A stretch of 63,610 nt of DNA, filler included, from Licmophora abbreviata (GCA_900291995.1; 13 parts of 13 records of this genome joined end to end with filler, not necessarily neighbours in it); one strand, 5' to 3'. Numbered from the whole stretch's first letter, positions 33,821 through 45,569 are shown. The notes: generated by a model not told the origin, from the sequence alone. Translations and numbers: made by a program.

Positions 33821-35085
33821 ATGCTCTTCCGCACTGGTTGTAGAAGCCTCCGGCTGCTTGAAAGGCAGCGTCATCGGCAGCAGGCAGCAGCATTGGTTCA
33901 TACGAACGGTCCTCCTCGGGTGGATGCCACGACATCCGTAGAGGGAGTAGGGTCGCGACCTGGTCTTGGTTTCGCACCCATTGTGGATCATATGCTTCCT
34001 ACGAGTCAGAAGGCTTCCGGACACTTTTTCCAACACACCAAGTACCCCAAGACGGCATCTCTGATTGGGTAAGTTTGGTCTTTTTGGAAGATTCAGCAGA
34101 AAAAGAGAGCGTAGCTTTTGAACGCTCATTCGGTTCTCGTTTCATCCCACACAGCGCTCCCATGACGTACGGACAGCCCTTTGTTGGCACCGACTCTGGA
34201 CCCACGCGTCTTCGAGACGCTGGACTGCGTGGCATGCTGACCGCCTTGGGCTGGAGAGTGGAAGACCTGCCGGATATTGACTTTGAACGACTGGCACCAG
34301 CAACAAGCAATGCAGATTCGTCCAGCACTTCCGGCGTCAATGCCAAGAACTCGACCATTGTTGGAGCGGGGGCTTTGCACTTATCCCAGACTGTGGAAGA
34401 AAAGATGAATCAAGGTTACTTTCCGCTCGTCCTTGGCGGGGATCATTCCGTGTCATTGGGTTCGTTGTCGGGAGTCCTGCGTGCCAGACCCAACACGGGT
34501 GTCCTGTGGATTGATGCGCATGCTGACTTGAATACGCCGGAAACGTCTGGAAGTGGTAACATGCATGGAATGCCCTTGGGATTGCTGGTGGATGGTGTGG
34601 AAGCGGATCATGGCACAATACCCGGACTGGAGTGGCTGGCTGAGCCAGATGCACCACGCCTTTCTCCGGATAGATTGGTGTATATCGGCCTGCGAGATGT
34701 AGATCCCGGCGAACGCGCGGCGATTCGGAAGCTGGGCATTGCCGCATACACAATGTACGATGTAGATCATTATGGTATTGGAAGAGTCATGGATATGGCA
34801 CTGCAGCATTTGCTCAAAGATGATCCTCAACGACCGTTGCATCTATCGTATGATATCGACGCGGTGGACCCCGCGCATGCTCCGGCGACTGGCACTGCCG
34901 TGCGAGGTGGTTTGACGTTTCGGGAGGCGCACTTTGTGGCCGAGTTTGTGGCACAGAGCGGGAACCTCGCCAGTGCTGACATTGTAGAACTGAATCCCTC
35001 ACTTTCGGACGGCGATGGTGCCAAAGATACTGTGGATCTTGGACTGCAAATTGTCACGTCGTTCATGGGCAAGAGCATTATCTGA
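33821..35085 (+). CDS. ARG: Arginase with mitochondrial-type presequence; intron 34069-34154
   Basis: GGDHS, WIDAHADLN, SGNMHGMP, SYDIDAVDP, ATGTAVRGGLTFRE; exon junction SLIG|APMTYGQ. Confidence 0.95.
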
Positions 35086-35385
35086 TACAAACCTTTTAAA
35101 TACGGCTTACAGAAAGATATTGCAGCATACGTCCTGCTAAATAGAAGTGTTTGGATCTGAGTGTTTTGTTGACACTAGAATCCGTCTTAGAAGTTGGTCA
35201 TCAATCGATGTACTGTACTATTTTCGTTCAGAAAAAGTAACGCCAACTAGCTCAACTGGCGATGCTCTCTGAAGGAGTTGTCCGCTCACGACCGAACTCA
35301 CGCCTCCCTCTCTCTCCAAAATCAAATGTATTCTATGTATTATATTGCAGCTTTAATCCGAAATGTTCGTCTAAAAACGCAAGGT

Positions 35386-36375
35386 TCATTCATCGGCACA
35401 ACGACCGCACTTCAAGCCCCTGGAACGCTTAAACCAATCAACAAAGTCAAGATCAACACATTTCTCAATGCATCCGACTACAGAGTTACGGTGCATCACC
35501 ACTTGCCGACGGGGATCTGGGCAACCGTTTGTCGATTCAGCATGACAGAGAAAGTCCGACGGAAGGGGCTTGGTGGTGCTCAATCGTCCCTGCTGAAATC
35601 CTTCCAAGTAGAGGCAGTCCTGCCAGAGCTTGTTGTCTTCCAAAATTCCCGTGGCATGCATGTACCTTTCCATAAAATACTTCACCTCCGGTTCGATGGG
35701 CGTCGTAACGTTTTGGCGAAAGCCGGCCCCATGCAGTTCTTTCCAAAGAACTAGGGACGGTCGAATAATCGGCAAGCTCTCAGCGTCGGGGTCGCGAGCA
35801 TCGCCTTGTCCCCGAATCAATTTCAAATTGGGAAAGATATCGGGGAGGTGGGAGCGAGCATGCGCCTGGCAGTTGCCGCGACTCACGTCAAATGCTTTAG
35901 TATCCGGATCAACATTCTCCTGAGGGACGCAATCACAGGCAGCCTCGCAAATGGAGAAGATGAAGTAATCGAGTCGCTGACGCCCATTCTCCCTTTCAAT
36001 GGGATTATGCGAATAAAGCAAGTCCACAGCATTTGCGCGCGGTTCATCGCAGGGATTCAGTGAAACGTATCTTTGCCACTTATTATCGCATTTCTTACTG
36101 TCGAACGGCCTAGTGACGGCAAGGCAATTGTCATATCTACCATCGTTCTGCATAACTCCAACGCCACCGCAGGCGCCACAGAAGTCAGTTGGGAGAGTCA
36201 CTACGGAGCAATCTGTTGGCTGCCTCCTGTTCTCATCAAGAACACATGTCGATTTCCGTTTGGTGGGATCAGCTTCAGTTTCCGGTCCAGGGGTTGCCAG
36301 TAGCCGCTGTGTGGCGGTTACGAGCTGCATCCCGAGGAGGAACAGGAAAGCCAAGCGGGGTACACTGGTCGCCAT
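35386..36375 (-). CDS. Secreted cysteine-rich protein of unknown function
   Basis: Signal-peptide-like MATSVPRLAFLFLLGMQLVTA followed by about 18 Cys; start codon uncertain (36375 or 36393). Confidence 0.65.
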   Translation of the reverse strand: MATSVPRLAFLFLLGMQLVTATQRLLATPGPETEADPTKRKSTCVLDENRRQPTDCSVVTLPTDFCGACGGVGVMQNDGRYDNCLAVTRPFDSKKCDNKWQRYVSLNPCDEPRANAVDLLYSHNPIERENGRQRLDYFIFSICEAACDCVPQENVDPDTKAFDVSRGNCQAHARSHLPDIFPNLKLIRGQGDARDPDAESLPIIRPSLVLWKELHGAGFRQNVTTPIEPEVKYFMERYMHATGILEDNKLWQDCLYLEGFQQGRLSTTKPLPSDFLCHAESTNGCPDPRRQVVMHRNSVVGCIEKCVDLDFVDWFKRSRGLKCGRCADE

Positions 36376-37009
36376 GGTTGCGAACAATTGCATTGGTTCT
36401 AAGATATGACTGCTGAGTTCGAATTTTCCCAAGGGATGCGTTGGATGTGAGGCCGTGAGGCATCTGATCAACAAAAATNNNNNNNNNNNNNNNNNNNNNN
36501 NNNNNNNNNNNNNNNNNNNNNNTTAATTAATTAANNNNNNNNNNNNNNNNNNNNNNNNNNNNNNNNNNNNNNNNNNNNGACATAGCTCGACCTGACCGTT
36601 GCTAAGCCAACTCGTTCAACTTTCCCGCCAAAAAATGTCCAACTTTCCTCATGATGTCCTTCGTCGTAAAAAGCAAAATTATTGTGAATAAATGACCACG
36701 TAATGATGGTGATCCTTATCAGCCAATGTTCACTACCTGTACCTGGTACTGTGCCGAAACCGTCTTCCATACTGAAAAAATGGCTGCTGATATCCCTCTT
36801 CACTCATACCGTACAGTAGTATCGTACCTGGTATGAGTTAAAGTATTTTGTGCAACTGCTCTCGAGCGTAGCTCGGCGATCGCGACTGAGTTTCTGGAGG
36901 TATCGGGGGCGGCGAGTGCCGTTGCTGTAAGTTGATCGAAGAATAAAAACCTCCGGGGACCTAGGGCTAGGAATGAGGATGTACATGTCTTGCTGTCGAA
37001 AGACTTGAA

Positions 37010-38203
37010 TCATTTCGAGGAACCAGTTATTCTTCTTGCATAGTCTTTCAGCCCAGTCGCCCAAACTGAAAGGACTGCCCGCTGCGAGTTTCGTAGCGAA
37101 GAAGCCAGCTGCAAAGACGTCTCATCGAGCTCGCCGGATAGAGACTCTTCGAAATCTACTAGGTTCTCATAAGCGTTCAAAGCTTGCTCCGCAATCCGAA
37201 GAGCTACAGATGCTGATAGTGGGTTGGCAGTGGACTCTGCAAACTGTTCGACGTTTCCTTCCCTTTGCAATGCAGCAACGGCAGCCTCAACAAGCTCCAT
37301 GGGAACCGAATCTCTACACACTTCACTTCTAACTCCGTCCACAACAACTTCCGCCTTGGTATGCTCATCTGTTCCGGGCACAAATCCATAGAATACTAGA
37401 CATTTCCATGGTGTTCCCGCGGACGCCTCGCCATAGTCAATCAATACTTGCTCTGCCGTTCCAATAGCGCGCGTAGCTCTCACCACGAGATGAGATTCCT
37501 CCACTTGATACAGAGCGTTCGGCTGAAACTCACCGCCGCTGCCATGATTGATCATGTCAAAGACGGGCGCAAGTAAACGTACGGGAGTGTCGCTCCCTGG
37601 AACATCGACTTTACAGCACCGTGTCTGGACTATATCCAGTGCATTGTGGCACATTCTTTCCAGATCATCGTACTGGAACACGTCATATGGGCTGCGCTGG
37701 AGTGCACTCATAAGATCCTGAATTACCTCTGTCCTTGCAAAGTAGGCAGCATCGACAGCCAGTTCGAGAGCCGTGCACTGGCAGCTCGTGCGAATGTCGT
37801 CTGGCCAGTGGATCGGGAGTGAGGCACGTAACAATATCGAATCTGGAAGTAGCGTAAGCCATCGTTGTATCCCCTCGTCATATTCTGATTCCGGTGAAAG
37901 TTGTAAATCTAGGACACGGGCAGCCAATCGAGTCGCCCATTCACTTCCAGCACTGTAGAGTCCATTTCCGACCAAGGGATATAACTCCGACGAAGAGGCT
38001 TCGCCATGATTACAAGACAGCCATTCAGGCGGATCATTATCTCGTAGACAAGACGACAAGGGGATCTTCAGGAGAAGATCTCCATCGTTGGCAGACGGGG
38101 CATTCAAAAAGACGCCACGAACGTCATCTTCTGTTGTTCTCAGGCAGAGTCTATCAGGCGGCGCCACTTGCAAGAGATCACAGAGAAATGGGAGCATCGC
38201 TTG
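37010..38203 (-). CDS. SET-domain protein lysine methyltransferase (Rubisco LSMT/SETD3-like); 5' end lost in gap
   Basis: RGVF, LLKIP, LAPVFDMINHG, EQVLIDYG, YGFV. Confidence 0.85.
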   Translation of the reverse strand, partial: QAMLPFLCDLLQVAPPDRLCLRTTEDDVRGVFLNAPSANDGDLLLKIPLSSCLRDNDPPEWLSCNHGEASSSELYPLVGNGLYSAGSEWATRLAARVLDLQLSPESEYDEGIQRWLTLLPDSILLRASLPIHWPDDIRTSCQCTALELAVDAAYFARTEVIQDLMSALQRSPYDVFQYDDLERMCHNALDIVQTRCCKVDVPGSDTPVRLLAPVFDMINHGSGGEFQPNALYQVEESHLVVRATRAIGTAEQVLIDYGEASAGTPWKCLVFYGFVPGTDEHTKAEVVVDGVRSEVCRDSVPMELVEAAVAALQREGNVEQFAESTANPLSASVALRIAEQALNAYENLVDFEESLSGELDETSLQLASSLRNSQRAVLSVWATGLKDYARRITGSSK

Positions 38204-38319
38204 NNNNNNNNNNNNNNNNNNNNNNNNNNNNNNNNNNNNNNNNNNNNTTAATTAATTAANNNNNNNNNNNNNNNNNNNNNNNNNNNNNNNNNNNNNNNNN
38301 NNNGTCGCACTGTATATAG

Positions 38320-39075
38320 GCTGGTCTCCTGGAAAAGTGCGGTGGCGAGCTGCAACATTTGATTTCCGACGCTGCCACGATGCAGTTGATTCGTTGGACG
38401 GATGGAGGCTTTGGTATGGCTGCCCACAACTACGATGGTGACATGCTTACCGACCAGATTGCGCAGGTGCACCGCTCTCCTGGTTTCATCACGTCCAACC
38501 TGGTTGGAAAATCTGATGATGGAACGCTCATCAAGGAGTTCGAAGCATCCCACGGTACCGTGTCGGACTTGTGGCATGATCATCTGGCTGGAAAGGAAAC
38601 GTCTTTGAATCCGCTGGGACTCGTGGAAGCCATGATTGGCGCCATGCAGCATGCCGCCACGCTACAGGCTGAGACCAGTGGAGGTGACACGGAGAAGGAA
38701 CTTGTCAAGAGTCAGATCTTCAACTACACGGAAACCTTGCGAACGGCAATGCACAACACATTCCGTTACGGCCAGGGTACGCGGGACATGTCGGGACCCG
38801 ATGGGTACACGACAGAAGACTTTATCGGCAAGGTGGCGTGGCGTCTCCAGCGATACTTGGCGGCACAGCACGAGGAAGAGCCGCCACCGGAGTTGAAGGA
38901 ACCCAGCCGCAAATTCCGTCGCAACTACGAGGTGGACGAGGCGGCGATCCGGAAACTATTCGACAAGTACGACAAAGATGGCAGTGGCCACATTGACTTT
39001 TCAGAGTTCACCTCCATGTTGATCAAGATGGGCGTTGCGCCGCTCAAGGCGGACAAGAATCCCAGCAATGCGTGA
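38320..39075 (+). CDS. IDH: Homodimeric isocitrate dehydrogenase, C-terminal part, with EF-hand tail (5' truncated)
   Basis: HNYDGDMLTD, EFEASHGTV, ETSLNP, TRDM, TTEDFI; EF loop DKDGSGHIDFSE. Confidence 0.9.
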   Translation, partial: AGLLEKCGGELQHLISDAATMQLIRWTDGGFGMAAHNYDGDMLTDQIAQVHRSPGFITSNLVGKSDDGTLIKEFEASHGTVSDLWHDHLAGKETSLNPLGLVEAMIGAMQHAATLQAETSGGDTEKELVKSQIFNYTETLRTAMHNTFRYGQGTRDMSGPDGYTTEDFIGKVAWRLQRYLAAQHEEEPPPELKEPSRKFRRNYEVDEAAIRKLFDKYDKDGSGHIDFSEFTSMLIKMGVAPLKADKNPSNA

Positions 39076-39475
39076 GCGAGTTATTGAATGGAGGTTGCAT
39101 GTCGAAAGATGTAGATTGTGAGGCATGCACGATAACATTGGTAGTTGATACGATCTCTTCTTCTTGGATAGTCCACGGATGTTCTTCGCCTTACTTGGTA
39201 CCATACTTATCGCTTATCGGCGATGACACTCCAGCCCGCCATCAAAGAGTCAACAATAGACTACCGCAACCGCCGCACACAACCACACCGAAGCAAAAAC
39301 TATTCGCCCCCCATCGGAAACTTCTTGTGAGAAAAGCACCGCCGTACAAGCGCAAGGACGTTGAAAATGGGTTATGGGATATCTGTGATCGGCCGTCATC
39401 GCGCGGCTCCGTCAAAATTAAAACGTTTGGCGGCATCACATCACAGCACATCAGACATCAGAAGTTGCGACGACA

Positions 39476-40987
39476 ATGAAGCCGATGACAGCACTTTCTC
39501 TTGGGTTAACAGCGGCTATCCTGTCTATGAGAGGTAGCTATGCGTTTATTAGACCGTCCCTAGGAGTCCTGAATCGTCCCTTGCTCTCCCAAGGGAGTTA
39601 TGATTCTCGACCTNNNNNNNNNNNNNNNNNNNNNNNNNNNNNNNNNNNNNNNNNNNNTTAATTAATTAANNNNNNNNNNNNNNNNNNNNNNNNNNNNNNN
39701 NNNNNNNNNNNNNAAGCAGGCGAGACACTGTGCGTCTAGTATCTTCGTCTTCAAATGGGGACAAGAACGATGCTTCTATCTGGGAACGTGTCGCATCTCT
39801 ATTTTCTCAGACAGCGGCAGAGAAAGCGTCCGCTCCATACGCCGAAATTCTAACTGGTGCGGATCGGAAGCGAGTACAGCTCGTTACGTTGATTCGCGTC
39901 GGCATTCCCTCGGTGCTGGCCGGCATCGTTGCTACCTACGCGTTTCCCCTGTTTGCACTTGGCTTAGCCACAATTATGAATGATGCAGGCGTTTTTGCCG
40001 TCTTGTCTCAGGACTCCTCTCAGTTTGTTCAGAACTTCCTCACCGTTTCGGGACTTCTCTTCAGTATCCTCGTGGGTCAAACGTACTATTTTATGTACCA
40101 ACAGCAGGAAGCAGTCTACTATGCGCTGTTCAATGAAGTCACTGAGCCAAAAGCCTGTTAGAACAAGTCGCTCTCGTCTGCCAGGGTCGTGCTATGTATT
40201 CACAGGTTCTCAACTCTATCTCGCAGTATGTCAGAGACGACCTGAAAAAGCTGCAGGCTGACCCAGCTGTTCTGTTGAGCGCCCGGCCAATTGACGATCC
40301 CCTTGAAAGCATCATGTACATGACTAGTGTAGGCGTGCCTTCGTCGGTCTATGAGACTGTTCGAAGCTTACGACAGGCACGCGCCGGGCGACTTGGAGCC
40401 TTGCAACGCAAGTTGCCGGCTGTGCACTTGCTGCTCTTGTGGATTCTCGCTGCCATTGAATTAATTAGCTTCCCGCTTCTTGGTGCTGGTACTCAAACGA
40501 TTGGAGGGTACAACATTTTATCGGTAGAAGGATGTTTGTTTGGAGTAACTACTTTTGGGATCGTTATGACGTTAAGGGTGAGTCACCTGTTTCACCGACC
40601 GGTCGAGTCACTCATCCCGTGTACTGACAATCGATTCGATCGTTTCTTGCATAGGTGGTGGGTGAGCTGTGGCGCCCCGCAGGTGGAGCATACAATGTGG
40701 ATAGCGTACTGAGTGTCATGGTTAGTGGCTTGGAAGAGGAGCTACAGGCGCGTATGTCTGGGAACAAAGTGTATGCGGCAAGAGACAAGTCGCCTTCTCT
40801 ACCAAGCCTTGACAGATACCGTCTTCCCGAGGATACTCTGAAACTTGACGTTGCGACCCCATCTTTGAACCCGTCCTCTTCAGACGAACCTCCATCTCTT
40901 CCCGTGTTGAAGCAAGGTATGGACATAGGAGTTTTTGCAAGGAGGGCAAGGCAGTTGGTAAGGTGGGTGTTGCGAAGACAAAACTGA
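39476..40987 (+). CDS. Plastid-targeted multi-pass membrane protein (DUF4239/bestrophin-like); gap, frameshift ~40146, intron 40578-40654
   Basis: Signal peptide ending SYA|FI; hydrophobic helices; GLLFSILVGQTY...ALFNEVTE(A)KSLLEQ and RLGALQRKLPAVH resemble DUF4239. Confidence 0.62.
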
Positions 40988-41063
40988 CCGACCGACTGCA
41001 TATTCGGTTGTTCAGAAGCTATATAGTAAAACAGTATTGCTATTGATCTTTCTTACGCTTTGC

Positions 41064-42839
41064 TTACGATAGATTTCGTACTTTTGTCATTAGCTCATCG
41101 GATATGGCCTTGTTCTGCATGAACTCTCGCATGTACATGATTGGTTCCACTCCTAGATCAATAGCATTCACACCTCCGATCTGCTTTCCTCGAAGCCGAT
41201 CCGGTGGCAAATGAGACCGCAACAGCAGCTGATCCTTTGATGACCCCGCATTTGCTCTTTCAGTCATCTCAATTACATCTTGGAGAGCATTTAGATCATT
41301 CATCTTCATGAAGGGACAGGTAGCGCACCCGCCCGCCGTGCTGCAACCCTCTCCGCCACCAGCACCCGGCACCACGGCGAGATTCGTCGCGTCGTCACCT
41401 TCGACACCCATGACAGCATTCGATGATACTGGAAAGATAATTTCTGCCTCTACATCGCTCCCAGTTGCATCCAGGATGTCCTGTACGGACTTGACAATGG
41501 ATGTCACCATACCAGCCTCCGTTCCCAAGATAAACTTGAGTCGCTTTCCGTTCGCAGCGGAGCCTAGTTTCTTCGCTGATTCATCGACCTTGGCGGTGAT
41601 GAACTTTAAAATATCTGAAGTCGATCCCACAACACCTCGCCCTTCCATGCTCCTTTCCATTGCGATCTCGAACATTTCTCCAGGTACTTCAAGATGAGCC
41701 GTCACGAAGGCATCATCATAGTTGCGCTTGACAGCATCCACCACCTCGGAACCAAACATATGATGAACTACGCAATTCCCATGAGGGTACACATCCATGT
41801 TGTCCAGCAGGTCTTGAAGACTCTTTCGTGTATGCGCATGGTGCAGCTCTTTGGCAATCCGAGCATCGTCCCACGCATTCGCGCCCCCATCAGGCGACGT
41901 AGAACTGAGGACTGCCCTCAACATGGACACGAGATTTTCTCCCATGTACGTGTCAGGTCCATACAATAGCTTCAAGTCTGGTCCCACCTGTGCTGACGCC
42001 TGCAGTATTGTCTGAAGGACATTAGACGATGTGCAGGTAATTGTGGGCACGATCGACGTGCTGACCGCTTTGGTTTCCAGACTGGTGTTGATGTACACCA
42101 CATGCAACGCTGCATTTGCCGTTTCCTTCGCTGTTCGCAGCCAGGCCTGGTACGAGTCTCGCTCCGCCGACTCGGCCAACGAACATCCAATCGCGCTTGG
42201 CGTAGCGCGATATACGGGTACATGTCCAAGGCCATTGCGATCTAAAATAGCCGACACACTCTCCGACATGAAGTCCACTCCCAAGCACGCCACCGCGGTC
42301 ACAGAACTATCGGGATTCCGACACATGTCTACGGCAATATCTCCCATCCTGAGAGAATCAGCAATGCCCACACGGTGCTGCAAGTCTGGGTGGGAACGTT
42401 GGACAGCCGTCAGGACCCCCTGCAGCTCCACGTCCATGTAGTAGTGCGCCACAACACCCATGTTTGCACGTAAGAGCCCGTCGCTCAATTCGGCAACAGC
42501 ATCCGGATCTGGATCCAGGAACTAGAAAAGGGGCGACACACAAGTGTGACGAATGAGTTTACCATCTTGACGCACTCAATCGTCGGACACAGCTTGAACC
42601 TTTGTGCACGCTATACGTACCTGCGCCTGAGCTTCCGCAAAGGAGCCCTGTGGAACAATGGTCTTGTTGGGTCCAATCACAATGGACGGAAAAGTCTCGA
42701 CCGTCTGGTCATATGCAGCCGTGGCCCCCATGGTACTCTTGCTTCGAACAATCCGATTGGCTGCTACGACGGCCCGACCTGTCAAGGCGCCGGCACTTTG
42801 AGGAGTCGACAACAGGATTTTTCGGGAAAGAGCCTGCAT
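41064..42839 (-). CDS. nadA: Quinolinate synthase (plant-type NadA domain); intron 42522-42620
   Basis: FAEAQAQ|FLDP, VVAHYYMD, DSLRMGD, LGVDFMSE, YINTSLETKA, CTSSNV, ILGTEAGMV; [4Fe-4S] Cys in GCSLA, NCVVH, CPFMKMN. Confidence 0.93.
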
Positions 42840-43218
42840 TCTGGTTCAGACTGGAAGACTTTACCAAGGGAAAGTAGCAATGGACACGATAAGGGAAAGA
42901 TGAAGCTGCTTCCGGCAAATGATGGCATCAGCGCATCGCTCAGCAAAGAACAAGTTCGTGATATTTGGGACTGATGTTCATTTTGTGTGGCGGGAAACTA
43001 AAGTTTGTTTTCTACGGAATCGTTCCGTAAGATCTACGTAGCGTCTGTCTGACTACCAGACATCTACTTCTTTAAAGTCAAATTGGAGTCACATTTCATG
43101 CCGGTAAATGTCGACGCCCCAGCGCAGTTTCCACTCGACGTTGTTAAACTATATGTAAATATGCTTCACCTAATGCAACTATGTTTCGCCCGGCATTCGC
43201 TGGTCCCACCCGACGCTA

Positions 43219-45126
43219 TTACTTGCTGTCATCGTTCGCGCCATCGTCGTTCACGACGTCGTCGTCCGCAGCCGGTCCATTCTCGACGACTGTTGGTGCT
43301 TCCTCCACCCTATACGTGGGCTTGATGTGATCTTCCTCGTCCAGCTTGTCGTTGTCTTTGCAACAACACCAGATCGCCAGATAGAGCGACACCACTATCA
43401 TCATCGTCAAGCCAATGACAGCAATCTCAAACTGTTCGTACTGTGTGACGCCCTTCGAATACGGAATTCCAAGTCCGACGGCGATAGTCCCAACAAACCA
43501 AACAATGACGGTTAGCATGATGATCGAGTTCCATAGCAAACCCTTACCCAAGAAGCAGCTAATCGCCATGGAGAGACCGAGAAGCCCCAACGCCATACTT
43601 GACACAACCAGGACAGGGTCCGACCAAACCTGCGCATCACAGCTGCCTATCCCTGGAGAACTTTCTTCAAAAATCTGACCACAAACAGTCTTGTCAAGAA
43701 TCTGCTCAATGTTGCCCGTCCGGGCGTCGGTACTGTAGGACTTGATGACCAAGCACGGTTCTTCTCCGTCACCATTGAACTCGACTGTACTGTATTGATG
43801 GTTTCGCTCAAATGAGTAGGCATTGCAGCCATCGGAGAACGGACCACCTTTGACGCTTCCGGGACGATCCAACGGCCCAGACTGGAGAATGGGAAACGAC
43901 AGCGCCGGTCCTTCTTCCGTTCCATAGAACGTGTTGACCCCAGAATCAAAGGCTACCATATGAGCATCCGCTGAGATCGCAATGAGGTTCTGCGTTTCAG
44001 AGAGGGTCTGAGTTATGTAGTCAGAGAGCTCTTGACGATCCTCCGGTTGCCCGAACCACGAGTCTTGGCCTTCCTCAGCCTCGCCGATCCAAGGCTTGGT
44101 TGTTACCCATACCACAAAGTCGTATGAAGCCGCCTGTGACAATTCGTTAAAGAGCCACTCCTTTTGTTGCTGCGAGTAGATACTTTCAGTCGATGACTCC
44201 GCTCGGAGATCCGAAATGATGAATCGCACTGTACCAATGGTATACGCGTGGTATGTAGCATTCGCCGAAGGCAGCGGCGAGTAGTGCGGAAATGCAAGAC
44301 TGTAGCTGTCCAAGGCTGCTTGTCGGCCCTCTCCCTCACCACCACTGTTGTTTCCAAGCCAATCGTGGTCGTCCCACATATAGGACAAACCGGTCGTTTC
44401 GAACAGTTGTCGCTGGGAACTGCTTCCCATGACTTTGTCAATTGCTGCCACACGCTTGGGCACACTATCCTCGTTGATTCCCTCGTAGTGAAAGTCACCC
44501 AAGTGCAGGAAGAAGAGCGGATTTTCATCCCGAATCTGGTCAAAGATCTCGTGCTTCGTGCCTGTGTAGGCACATCCCGCCGTGGCAAACTTGAAATTCG
44601 TGCGTTCTCCCTCCGCTGGAGCCGTCTTGAAGCTTCCGCTTCGAAGCTCAACGCCATCCACCATTGTGCCGTAGAAGTATGAAGTATCCGCCTGAAGACC
44701 TTGAACGGAAATGACGTCCACCATTTGAGTGGTAATAGAAGACAATCTAAGAGTTTCTACCGCCGAATCAGCGTCTAGCAGGTCACTAGACGTGGAAAGG
44801 ATGAATATCTCGGTCGACTCGGGAGGATCCTCCGAACGACGAACATGAAAGTTAGCTGCCGTTGAGGTCAGACCGCCGACCAGAATCCAATTCTGATATT
44901 CGCTGGTGCTGTAGTTCTGATTCGTTAGAACAGCAGAAGTAATCGCAGAAACCGCGAAGAAGATAATCAGAATGATGTTCAATGTGATGAAACTAAAGAA
45001 AGGCGGAAAGCTGCACCAGCGGCACCGACCTCCGCCGTCGGTGGTGCCTTCGTCCGGCTCCCTCACCAGATCCAATTCGGACCCCACTGGGATCTCGATG
45101 GATTCGTCGTCACTCATGGTCGCCAT
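43219..45126 (-). CDS. PhoD-family alkaline phosphatase-like protein with N- and C-terminal TM segments
   Basis: LHLGDFHY, WDDHDW, SDLR, SADAH metallophosphoesterase motifs preceded by an FN3-like region (GLQADTSYFY). Confidence 0.88.
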   Translation of the reverse strand: MATMSDDESIEIPVGSELDLVREPDEGTTDGGGRCRWCSFPPFFSFITLNIILIIFFAVSAITSAVLTNQNYSTSEYQNWILVGGLTSTAANFHVRRSEDPPESTEIFILSTSSDLLDADSAVETLRLSSITTQMVDVISVQGLQADTSYFYGTMVDGVELRSGSFKTAPAEGERTNFKFATAGCAYTGTKHEIFDQIRDENPLFFLHLGDFHYEGINEDSVPKRVAAIDKVMGSSSQRQLFETTGLSYMWDDHDWLGNNSGGEGEGRQAALDSYSLAFPHYSPLPSANATYHAYTIGTVRFIISDLRAESSTESIYSQQQKEWLFNELSQAASYDFVVWVTTKPWIGEAEEGQDSWFGQPEDRQELSDYITQTLSETQNLIAISADAHMVAFDSGVNTFYGTEEGPALSFPILQSGPLDRPGSVKGGPFSDGCNAYSFERNHQYSTVEFNGDGEEPCLVIKSYSTDARTGNIEQILDKTVCGQIFEESSPGIGSCDAQVWSDPVLVVSSMALGLLGLSMAISCFLGKGLLWNSIIMLTVIVWFVGTIAVGLGIPYSKGVTQYEQFEIAVIGLTMMIVVSLYLAIWCCCKDNDKLDEEDHIKPTYRVEEAPTVVENGPAADDDVVNDDGANDDSK

Positions 45127-45569
45127 TGTCCTCCTTACTGAGGTTCATAAGGGCTCAACGCACGAGAAAGATGTGGGAATGAATCGAATCGAATCGCGTT
45201 GTGACGAAAGACATCAAACTTGCGCCAAACTTGCGACTTCGCGCTCAAATTTTCACACTCTCCAGCGCCCTTGAAGATGTCATTCGTTCTACATCTCTCT
45301 TCGCACATCATGACGCTGGGGCATGCCGGCTGGTGCGACATCCGTACGGCTCGCTCGCGCAGCACCCGGTGAGTGTTTACCGAGCTCGTTTCGGTAGCTC
45401 GCAAACACGACTACGTCATGAACAAGCGCGCGCTGCATTTCGAATCATCCGCGTGTTCCGCCACGTACTGCACCACAGTCGTCGCATCTCGATGATGGTA
45501 CAAATCAGACCATCTACTCATCACTACTTAAACAACGGCCGTTCCTTGTTACATTACAACAGCGTTACC

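Noticed and set aside
45201..45569. Long N-terminal extensions in the ORF track (also 7372-7626, 11088-11378, 48343-48603, 53566-53799)
   Set aside because: They mostly arise from GTG/TTG or far-upstream starts running through promoter/UTR sequence; nearer ATGs fit the family N-termini better.
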